Shown here: piece after piece, positions 28,051-39,529 of the stretch | Position numbering within the stretch: position 1 is the first letter of the stretch | How the letters are laid out: each line of letters opens with the position of its first letter | Notes under the pieces: generated by a model | Databases searched by the model: none | What the model was told of the DNA's origin: nothing | The model's input: the letters and a program-made list of their open reading frames with translations, nothing else | Translations under genes and position numbers: made by a program | Origin: Octopus vulgaris | Taxonomy: Eukaryota | Direction of reading: 5' to 3' | NCBI GenBank assembly: GCA_951406725.2 | Contig: OX597821.1 | Span: 2,914,001 to 2,978,000 of the forward strand | DNA length: 64,000 nt

Positions 28051-29109
28051 TATATACATCGGACAAACGGGACGCCGCTTGGCTGACCGGTTCGCGGAAC
28101 ACCTCCGTGATATCCGCCTTGCCAACGACTCACCGGTCTCACGCCATTTTCACTCCACCGGTTACTCCTTGAAACCCCTGTCTGTGTTCGGTTTGTCCTT
28201 GCACGGAGGTCATCCGGATTCCCGTTTGCGCCGTGAACAGGGATTAATCTTCGCTCATTTACGCCATTTTGTCTTAACTCTCCCCATCTCCTCATCTAAC
28301 CTACCCCCTGACTCCTACTCGCCTTCACTCCTTCATATTTTCACCCCTACTCTCATTCCCTCCACTTCCCTTCTTCCCTCCTCTTCTTTCCTCTTTCTTC
28401 TTCCCTCTTCCCCTTCTCTCTTTCTCTCTACTCCCTCACTCCCATTCTCTCCCCCTTTCTTCCCCTCCCCTCCCATCCTTTCCCATCTCATCCTCTTCTC
28501 CTCTCCTTCCTTCTCCCCTCCCCCTCCCTACTCCCAACTCTTCTCCTTTTCCTTATCTCTCCCTTCTCCCTCCTATCCTTCCTTCTTCCCCCCTCCCCCT
28601 CCCTAATCCCTCCTCTTCTCTTTCCTTCCCCCTCTCCCCCTCTCCCTCATCTCATCCCCCCTTATCTCTCCTCCCTCCTGCACCCTCTCCCCCATCTCCT
28701 CTCTCTACACTACACCATACGACGTTACACATCACATCATACATACATACACACGTCCACACCTCTCATACGCACATACATACTCTCTCATACACACACG
28801 CACCCTTATGTTGGGGCGAAGCCATTTGACCCTGTTATCTCCCCTACTTTCCCTCTTGTGTCTCACGTCTGATCTCTGACTTCTGGCCGAAATCAGACTG
28901 CCATGTTGATTCGTTAGCTTCAGCACGCATTTTTTTTCTCTCCTTGTTTCTCTCCGTGTTTCTTTTCTGTGTATCTTTCTGTTGAAGAGCGTAGGCTCGA
29001 AACGTAAAAGACTTGTTTTATTTCTATTCCTGAGCGCCATACGAATACACTTGTTTGTTTGTACTCCACCTGCCTTCGTTTTTTGTGTATTTTCATAAAG
29101 CTTCCCGTT
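28051..29109 (+). mobile_element. PLE 3' end: GIY-YIG remnant, CT-rich UTR and hammerhead
   Basis: YIGQTGRRLADRFAEHLRDIR..SPVSRHF..RLRREQGLIF; pyrimidine-rich tract at about 28290-28710; hammerhead at 28974-29011; flanked by (TA)n. Confidence 0.85.
28974..29011 (+). ncRNA. Minimal type-I hammerhead-like motif (CUGUUGA core plus extra A)
   Basis: tcttt-CTGTTGA-A-GAGC gtag GCTC-GAAA-CGT-A-aaaga: 5-bp stem I, 4-bp stem II, palindromic ACGT stem III, GUA site. Confidence 0.7.
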
Positions 29110-29128
29110 ATATATATATATATATATA

Positions 29129-29188
<60 letters not shown>

Positions 29189-29248
29189 CATTATCTCACT
29201 TCAATAATAAAAAAAAACTGAATTATGCCATACAGAAAATTAAATTAC

Positions 29249-29289
<41 letters not shown>

Positions 29290-29760
29290 TGCATTACAAC
29301 CCATCTTGCCAGCGTGAACCCACTACCGTTAACTCTAATGACTGACACTATATTTCCGATCGTTTGATAGTTGTCTAGGAGAATTTTTCTCTGCCGCCAA
29401 CAACTTGGTTTTATCTCTGACATGTTGTCGATTTTTATTCGCAGTTAGATAACTATAATAATTTTGATACTCTTATAGATACGGATTAAGTCTTTTGATA
29501 CACATACACGTTGTTGATATATATTCTGTTCATAATTTTTAATGTCTCGTGACTAGATGTATATATACACATTGGATATATATGTATCTAAGTTGTGGTT
29601 TCTTTGGTTTGTTCCCAAACATTTATTTTAGTGATGCTAGCACCGCCTGATTAAATGGTACAGCCCAACTGTTGAAAGAATAATAATATCCGTCGGGCAG
29701 CTAATGATGGAAGTATGCTGGATTGTTGGTATGGCTTCGGAATAGTATTATAACACATCA

Positions 29761-29801
<41 letters not shown>

Positions 29802-30039
29802 AATAAAAAGTTTTGAATGGTGCAACAATGCCGTATAATACAAACAATGGGCTATATACCTGTTGTAATTCAGTCATCCATAGTCTGATACTCTTAGATG
29901 GAGTCGCTGCTATAAACAGTTTTCCAACGGCTTTTCTGTTATATATATATATATATATAAGAACAATTTAATAAATAAAACATATGCATACATACATATA
30001 TGTACATACCTACATCTATATACATATATACATGCATAT

Positions 30040-30197
30040 ATGAGTACAGGACGCCACAAATAAACGTAGAACACAACGAGAAACGAAAACATAAAACCAA
30101 ACAAGGAAACGGGCTTTTTTTAACAACGACAAAAGCAGAGTACAATACAAGCAACACAAGGAACATTCCCCTTCTTCAGCTGCCCCTGTTTCGACTC
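30040..30197 (-). mobile_element. Probable short retroelement 3'-end fragment between (TA)n tracts
   Basis: T-rich tail on the minus strand similar in style to 33845-34054; no coding evidence. Confidence 0.35.
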
Positions 30198-31706
30198 AAT
30201 GTGTGTTATATATATATACATACAAATAATATGATCTAATTCTTTCCGACCGAACATCAGGAACCTTAAGAGAAAATTACCCTTAGAAAGCGTGAAAATT
30301 TGCCAAACCACCATCTTTGAAATCGATCTCATATCACATGAAGACTTTGGCCAAGTGCTTTATCATGCAATCTGCTTTGTAAATGTAATTCACTCAAGAA
30401 TCATGTCGTTCTAACGGCATTGCTGCATTCGAAAATTATCTCATTTTATTTATATAAACATTTCAGGGGGAGAGTTAACAACTGGATGAGGGATCGATGC
30501 TGGATGTGACGAAACAATTGCCGTTATTAATAAATTCTCGGTATATTCCGAGGAATGTGTTGTAACAAAGCTATAAGCCATAGTAGAAACAACTGCGCAG
30601 GGAACCACGTAGTGGGACGAAACCGGGAACCTTTGGTTGGGCAGGAAACGTCTTGACACACAGCCAAGTCAGCGCCTATAAAAAAAGCATAAATACATGC
30701 ACATGCATACTTACACGGGTACATTGCAAACATACCACCTTGCTATTAATGTTGTCTCTCTTGCTTATCAAGTCTCTTCTTTGCTACTGTTCAGTAACCC
30801 TTGGACCGTACTTCTAAACACGTTCAGTAAAATTTATTTGCCCTCAAAAATTACCTTTAACTTGCAGGATTTATAAATGTTATATGAATTAAAATCCCAT
30901 TCTTTTACGCTAGCCATTGCTTATGTATGGAAGAACATAAATTATGCTCTTCTTCAGAGCATAGGTTGAACGATATCACTTATATAAACATTCGAATGTA
31001 ACTCTAAAATCGAGCATTTACATATCTTTAGATGGACGTTAAATGAGAGCATCATTTTCTAGTCACGAAACATTAAAAATTATGATCAGAACATATCTCA
31101 ACAAGGTGTATACGTATAAAAAAGGCTCAATCCGTATCTGTAAGTGTATCAAAATTATTATAGCTATGTAACTGCGAATAAAAATCGACAACAGGTCAGA
31201 GATAAAACCAAGCTGTTGGCATCAGAGAAAAGTTCTGCTACACAACTATCAAATGCTCGGTAATATGGTGTCAGTCGTAAGAGCTGACAGTACAGGTTTC
31301 ACGTCCGCAAGGCGGGTCATAATGCATTCGTACGAAAAGTCCATCCAAGATAGTTTTACTTCATTTCTACATAAATAAATACCGTTTATCTCAACCAATG
31401 ATATTATTATGCGGGATCATTTATCAACATACGACATAACGTATCAATAATTGTATGAATGAATGTAATTGTAAATGAGAGAATAAATAGATCCACATGT
31501 GTTTACAACAACACTAAACTTTAAAATATATATGTACCTATGTGCACACACACATATACACACACATGTATGTATAAATATATATATATTTATATATATA
31601 TACTTCGCTTTTCCAATCTGGGTTCTAAGGTGCATGATATGAATCCTTGTGTGTAAAAATAATTTTGCATAGTCTTATGTTATATATATATATATGTGTG
31701 TGTGTG

Positions 31707-31766
<60 letters not shown>

Positions 31767-32128
31767 GAGGGAGAGAGAGAACAAAAATGGGAGAGAACAA
31801 AAATAGGTAGATAGATAGGTAGATATTTATATGTCTCCCTAAAACATGAATATGCACGAATACATACGCAGGACTATATACATACAGATCTACGTAATAT
31901 ATACTAATTCTATGCGTTATTGAATGGATTGGAATGTGAAAAATATTTTATCCACAAAACGGCTGTATTTTCATGTCAATATATTGATAATATAATCAAA
32001 TATAATCAATCCCACTTCTTCTCCCTCCCTCCCACCCTCTTGCTCTCTCTCATACCTAGACACAGTCAGAGACACATTCACATACATACAGCTATACCTA
32101 AAGATACATATGTATATATACATGGCTT

Positions 32129-32176
<48 letters not shown>

Positions 32177-32196
32177 TACACACACATTTATGTATG

Positions 32197-32296
<100 letters not shown>

Positions 32297-32888
32297 TATA
32301 CATAAATGTGTGTGTATTAATATATATATATATATATTTAGAGAGACAGTGAGTGGGTGAGAAAGAGAGAAAGAGATATGTATGATAATCAATTGGTGTT
32401 TAGAGATCAGTGCGTTGGTGTGTGTGTGTGTGTGTGTGCTAATGTGCTTTTTTATGTGTCTATGTGTACATAATTATATACGTATGTGATGTTTGAGAAA
32501 ATTAGTAACAGTTCGCAACTGCAACATCGAACGAATTACATTATTTAGCGATGTACGTTTGAGATCAAATGTTGGTTTTAACATTGAGAAAGGAAAACTA
32601 AATCAAAAACATATATATATATGAATTAAGCGGAAAGATTCGTAATTTCCATTCGATCTGGAGGTAAAATTTATCGACCAGAAATACAATTATACTAAGA
32701 AAGAAACGAAATGAAACCAAATCTCTACACACATAGAAACACATACGCAAACACATTTACATATCTACAAATGTATCTATAATCTCTCTCTCTCTCTCTT
32801 TTTCTCTCCATCATTCGCTCTCTATCTACCACATGTCTACACATAAGCATATATACACATACACATGCATAAGTATGCATAAATATGG

Positions 32889-32958
<70 letters not shown>

Positions 32959-33844
32959 CATTTATATTGCATGCAAAAAATATAGTATGCAATTATATAT
33001 ATATATATATATATACATGTACGTATGTATATAAAAATACATTAAAAATAATGATATTGCTATAACGTACCTGTGCACATACATGCAAATATACGCACAA
33101 AGACACACACAATGATACACATATATATGTATATAAATGACTAATTTTCTAATATATGTATATAGGTACATGTTTATATATGTGTTTGTGATTGCGTTAA
33201 AGTATTCATGCATGCACATACTTATTTGTCTTACATACACAGGTATACACCCACTTATGTGTGTGCGTGCGTGTTACATATATGGCGAGTGATAATTTGG
33301 GAGAATTGAATGATAAACGCTGATAACCGTGGATTTTGTGAGGTCATCAATGCTTGCTTGATTTCAGGGACCCACGGGATGAAGAAAATATACTGGGCAT
33401 TTACATGTAGTCTGCTGTGAATTCTTGCCACACGTACCCTATCGTAATTGATAACAATTTTTGAGGCTGTTCATTAATAGTGATAAACCTAACCCACGCA
33501 GGCACACACAGAATCACATTTTAATATATGTGTTTGTGTGTCTTTGTATGAGCCTCAGTGTGTGTATGTGTGTTTTTATGAGAGTACAAAATTCTTACGT
33601 GATTGTAAGGAAACGCCTTAACTATATATATATTTTACAGACCACAAAAAGTTTACAGCGTACAGAAATATATAAACAAATAATTGTATATGTCTGCATA
33701 TTATTTCTTTGCGTGCTTTTCTTTTCTGTAACACGAACAGATATCTATTCATCTATTGATCTATCTATGTATCTATGAATATGTATTTCAATATACACAC
33801 ATATATATACATATGTGTGTGTATGTGTGTGTGTGTGTGTGTGA

Positions 33845-34050
33845 CCTCATGTGTATCGCTGGCGATTTTGTTTCCTCTGTCTTCCCTTCTCGGGATCTTT
33901 CCTTCTCCTATGTTTCCGACGAAGAGCTCTGCTCGAAACGTTAAACCCTCCTTCTTTCCTTTTTTCCTGAGCGTCCAATAATACTTTATTTGTTCCACGT
34001 CCTCGCGTTGCTGTGTTATTTTGTTTTTTTTTGTGTTTTCTTGTTTGGAT

Positions 34051-34054
<4 letters not shown>
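33845..34054 (+). mobile_element. Short PLE-like 3' end carrying a hammerhead (33912-33946)
   Basis: gttt-CCGACGA-A-GAGC tct GCTC-GAAA-CGT-T-aaac, followed by ttcctgagcg as in the 28051 element; ends in (TA)n. Confidence 0.7.
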
Positions 34055-34093
<39 letters not shown>

Positions 34094-34466
34094 CCATGTA
34101 TCTTTGCATACAAACACACACAAATACATGCAGACGCACACAAATATATACCAGCGACTGAAAAATTGTGAGTGGCAATCAAATAGTGGATGTTACATAC
34201 ATATTTCATAACATTTGGACTCAATTCCCTCTGATGAGATATTACGTGACATCTCGACATTTACTGGAAGAAGAAGGGGAGGTAAGAGATAAATCCAAAG
34301 GGGCTTCAAAATGTTCCGCTTGTATAGGTGAGTTCAGGTCACTCGGTACCAACACTGTGAGACTAACGATGGCATTTCCCTTTATTTATAGGTGATCGGA
34401 CTGGATTTAGGGAAGATGCTATGGTGTCATTGAGAGTAGGCTCCAATATAGTTGTATCCAGCCATA

Positions 34467-34852
34467 GTGGAGGCGCTATGGCCCAGTGGTTAGGGCAGCG
34501 AACTCGCGGTCATAGGATCACGGTTTCGATTCCCAGACCGGGCGTTCTGAGTGTTTATTGAGCGAAAACACCTAAAAGCTCCACGAGGCTCCGGCAGGGG
34601 ATGGTGGTGATCCCTGCAGTACTCTTCCACCACAACTTTCTCTCACTCTTACTTCCTGTTTCTGTTGTACCTGTATTTCAAGGGGCCGGGCTTGTCACTC
34701 TCTGTGTCACGCTGAATATCCCCGAGAACTACATTAAGGGTGCACGTGTCTGTGGAGTGTTCAGCCACTTATACGTTAATTTCACGAGCAGGCTGTTCCG
34801 TTGATTCGGATCAACCGGAGCCCTCATCGTCGTAACCGACGGAGTGCTTCCG
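34467..34852 (+). mobile_element. Full-length tRNA-derived SINE with 10-bp target-site duplication
   Basis: A box tggcccagtggttagg, B box ggtttcgattcc; TSD tccagccata at 34457-34466 and 34853-34862. Confidence 0.9.
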
Positions 34853-35126
34853 TCCAGCCATATCAGTTACTTGAACTGGGCACTGCACATTATATTCTGG
34901 GATTTTGGCGCGAGTCACCAGCATTAAGACAATGGAGCCTTAAGTCAACGGCAGCAGTCTTTATGTGTAACACGTTTTGATGTTGTTGGATTACATCTGA
35001 TGCAGGATGATCAACATTGTTGGGGGATGTATCTATGAGGCTTGCAGGGATTAAAATTTACGTGGCAATAAATCTGAAGTATCAATGTATTCTTGCTCAT
35101 TTATAGATTTTACCTCTGGTAGCAAC

Positions 35127-35450
35127 ATCATCATCATTCATCATTGTTCGACCATGGTCGAGACAATGGAATTTACCATGCTACGCCAGACTTCACAGTC
35201 CATCATGGCATTACGGAGGTCCTGTTGCTGGATGCCTGTATCTCTGGAGATTACATCAGGGTAGGAGAGTGAGCTCTCATAAGGAGGCGAGTGTAGGTTC
35301 TATCCAACCGCCTCTGAAGCTTCTTTGATAACGTCCAGGTTTCTGAGCCATATAGTAGAATTGGTTCGACTGTGGCTTTAGAATTGGTTCGACTAAGTCT
35401 CTACTTAGGTTTGATGACAAGATCTTATGCATGTCATAAGCAACAATAAA
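35127..35450 (-). mobile_element. RTE-clade LINE 3' fragment, internally deleted
   Basis: Reverse complement VEPILLYGSETWTLSKKLQRRLDRTYTRLLMR joined to DLRNAMMDCEVWRSMV; (GAT)n tail. Confidence 0.8.
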
Positions 35451-35774
35451 ATAGATCATTCCTCCAGTTGATGAATAGCGCAGATTGGTGGAGTACTTCT
35501 AGAGTCATGGAATCTCAAGATGAAGAAGCATATGTAAGCAGAGTTTTCCATACCACTGCAGCGGAAGGATTGCATTTTCTGCGTATAACATTCCTTGGTG
35601 TGTTGTTTTACTTGTGTAGTGTCAGGAGATCCTATCTGACTGATTGAGTGTGGTGTTACAGACTATAGCCTTGTGAAGACAAGATCCTCCTAGTTGGCAC
35701 CTCATATGAGTTCATAAGTTACATTTTGTGGAGTCAATTGCGGGCCATGAAGAAAATGAAGGTAGATACATAGC

Positions 35775-35807
35775 TAGATAGATAGATAGATAGATAGATA
35801 GACAGAC

Positions 35808-35860
<53 letters not shown>
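35775..35860. repeat. (GATA)n microsatellite
   Basis: Direct reading. Confidence 0.95.
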
Positions 35861-36038
35861 GGAAGAGAAGGGCAGATGACATAACCGCCTAGATAGATAG
35901 AGAGGGAGAGAGGGGCAGATGAAATATAACCGCCTGAACAGTAAGTTCCGACATAACATTTAATTTTTAAGAATTCTCAAATTTCCCATGTTCCATAAAA
36001 CTTTAAGATTTAAATGACTTTTTCAAATCCTTCAGATT

Positions 36039-36127
36039 AATTCTGATGACAGAAATATAGATGGTTGTTATGGTTGGAATTAACTTGCCCGTACCAACCT
36101 ATATCTTCTCGAAACAGCGGTCAGATT
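36039..36127 (+). ncRNA. Type-I hammerhead-like motif with canonical core and long stem II, decayed
   Basis: aatt-CTGATGA-c agaaatatagatggttg..caacctatatcttct c-GAAA-CAGCGG-TC-agatt; stem I weak and C.C mismatch at the base of stem II. Confidence 0.5.
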
Positions 36128-36448
36128 TTGTACCTGCTCCAGATTCCTTTAAAATCATTCATACCAAATTTCTCATCTACTTAAATTACCGCTATACATT
36201 CATCTCAACACTCGCAAGTTCATTTATGTATTTTTATATATTTATATATTTATAAATTTTTATATATCTTATATATATGTATGCACCTACGTATACTGTG
36301 GAATTGCCCGACACTTTGAAATATGTTGAGTGAATATGAACATTGAACTTTGGAATTTGTTTTCTCTTTCTTGATTTTATATTCCTGAAACTCTATTAGA
36401 GCGCTAATTAGTTGTGCTGTGTAAGGAGATAATTACCCCATTTAATTC

Positions 36449-36503
<55 letters not shown>

Positions 36504-36507
<4 letters not shown>

Positions 36508-36695
36508 AGAGTTTACGATTAATAAACAAAAGACGAAGAGAGGTGGTGTACAAAACAAACAGATGTATTAGTATAATGCTCAGGAATAGAAAAGGCTTTT
36601 ACGTTTCGAGCCTAAGCTCTTCTACAGAAAGGGTCACAGAAATAACAAGGAGAGAAAAACTGTGTGTAGTGGCTAATGAACGGTCATGGCGACTG

Positions 36696-36697
<2 letters not shown>
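36504..36697 (-). mobile_element. PLE 3' end (same family as 28051-29109) with hammerhead at 36596-36631
   Basis: Reverse complement cttt-CTGTAGA-A-GAGC ttag GCTC-GAAA-CGT-A-aaag; downstream ttctattcctgagc..tgtttgttttgtac matches 29022-29065; (TA)n on both sides. Confidence 0.8.
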
Positions 36698-36765
<68 letters not shown>

Positions 36766-37578
36766 AAATCTAAAGTAACCTTTACGAGGCATACTAGATT
36801 CTTGAGGACCAGGAATCGAAACCACAAAATTACGAGACATATGTATGTAAATGTGTACAGATATAGGCATATTTATATATATACACATATATTCATATGC
36901 ATATATATGTGCATGTATATTATATCACACGCACAACACATACGGAAACACGCGCATGCGTGTATGTAATATACCTAGACAGTTTACACATTTCTTAACG
37001 CTCTATCGTATACACCAATATTAAATCAGGCTTGTTTATAAATATTCTAGTAATATGCGTTAAATCACACGTAAATATTTTTACGTTATTGAGGTATCAT
37101 TATCAAGTGCCTTTCGTCTTGTAATTTGTTTACTTTAAAATTTCCATTTTATGCGACATCTTGTATTACATTATCTTCATTATTTTCATGCTAAGATATG
37201 CAGAATTATCTGAAAATAATTGTTTGAATCGATGCAAATATTTGTGCATATCTTGCATTTAAACAAAAATTTTGCGGTGTAAGTAAATTGTATATACTGG
37301 TACTCTACAGTAATTTATGGTGGGTTTCATGTGTAAACGCTGTTAATGGATGTAATTTTAGTTAATGCATGAATAAAGTGCATTATTTGGGAACCATTGC
37401 TTCTTAAAGATTATGCTCAGGTGGGAAATAGATGCGTGCAATAATTTTCATTTGACTAATGCTCTAAATAATTTGAATACCTTTATTCGTGTGAGATGTT
37501 TTGAAAATGTTATTGTAATTCGAATATTATGTATGTATACGTAAATACATTCATAAAACACGCCCGTACATAGAAACA

Positions 37579-37646
<68 letters not shown>

Positions 37647-37899
37647 CATATAAAATTATAAATGAGGGTGAAAAATCGATATTAATTTAATAATACCATT
37701 AATTTAACACCAAGTGGCTTAGCACAAAAAACTACGGAGAAAATACAAATTTATACATAAATTATTAGAGAGTTATCCACTATGTGGATAACTCTAGTGC
37801 TAAAAATAGCTCCGAAGCAACCACAGAAGATCAGTTTCCAACTAGAATCAACATACATTTAACGGGAGGAAAGTGAAATACAACGAATAAAATAGATTG

Positions 37900-37975
37900 A
37901 CTCTATACAATTGTTTCATTACTAATGTAATATGTAGTTTTACTTACACTCACATCTATAAATCTTCGGTAGAGT
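37900..37975 (-). ncRNA. Type-I hammerhead-like motif (CCGAAGA core), copy 1
   Basis: Reverse complement actcta-CCGAAGA-[tttatagatgtgagtgtaagtaaaactacatattacattagtaat, long imperfect stem II]-GAAA-CAATTGT-A-tagagt; 6-bp stem I and palindromic ACAATTGT. Confidence 0.65.
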
Positions 37976-38392
37976 TTGTCAGAAATGCAATTTATTAGAT
38001 CGATTCGAGCGTCAAAAACACGAGCGGTCCAACCAATTACATTTTTAGTTATGTCTCAAATTCCGCGCCAAAAGCATGCCTAGACTCCATTGAAAACGTA
38101 TGCCGCATCAAATAAAATATTGACTGCCGCGTAGTTAAATTTATAAAATTATAAATGAGGGTGAAAAATCGATATTAATTTAATAATACCATTAATTTAA
38201 CACCAAGTGGCTTAGCACAAAAAACTACGGAGAAAATACAAATTTATACATAAATTATTAGAGAGTTATCCACTATGTGGATAACTCTAGTGCTAAAAAT
38301 AGCTCCGAAGCAACCACAGAAGATCAGTTTCCAACTAGAATCAACATACATTTAACGGGAGGAAAGTGAAATACAACGAATAAAATAGATTG

Positions 38393-38468
38393 ACTCTATA
38401 CAATTGTTTCATTACTAATGTAATATGTAGTTTTACTTACACTCACATCTATAAATCTTCGGTAGAGT
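38393..38468 (-). ncRNA. Type-I hammerhead-like motif (CCGAAGA core), copy 2
   Basis: Same sequence as 37900-37975; the tandem homology stops 1 nt beyond its stem I. Confidence 0.65.
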
Positions 38469-38730
38469 TATAGAGTGTAACTCAATAGAGTAGAGATGTG
38501 AGTGTAAGTAAAACTACATATTACATTAGTAATGAAACAATTGTATAGAGTCAATCTATTTTATTCGTTGTATTTCACTTTCCTCCCGTTAAATGTATGT
38601 TGATTCTAGTTGGAAACTGATCTTCTGTGGTTGCTTCGGAGCTATTTTTAGCACTAGAGTTATCCACATAGTGGATAACTCTCTAATAATTTATATATAT
38701 ACATATATATATATATATACACATATATAT

Positions 38731-39525
<795 letters not shown>

Positions 39526-39529
39526 ATAC

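Larger units (their letters stand above)
37650..38694 (-). mobile_element. Non-coding hammerhead-bearing tandem unit (493-bp period) with inverted terminal copy; retrozyme or PLE pLTR-like
   Basis: 37650-37976 appears identical to 38143-38469; 38494-38694 is the reverse complement of 38250-38450; hammerhead motifs at 37900-37975 and 38393-38468 (minus); (TA)n on both sides. Confidence 0.8.

Noticed and set aside
30476-30526. ctggatga..gaaacaattgcc hammerhead-like text
   Set aside because: Core insertion, no stem II pairing and a missing U16.1; possibly a relic but unsupported.
34467-34545. tRNA-like sequences at SINE heads (also about 11035-11108 and 62309-62385)
   Set aside because: A and B boxes are present but there is no complete cloverleaf, and they continue into SINE bodies; not tRNA genes.
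35864-35935. Short tandem duplications (also 35357-35393 and 57301-57352)
   Set aside because: Ordinary two-copy slippage duplications; no repeat-spacer array or CRISPR-like structure.
37773-37791. TTATCCAC / TGTGGATAA resembles bacterial DnaA boxes
   Set aside because: Eukaryotic repeat context; it is simply the arms of a hairpin, with no other origin features.
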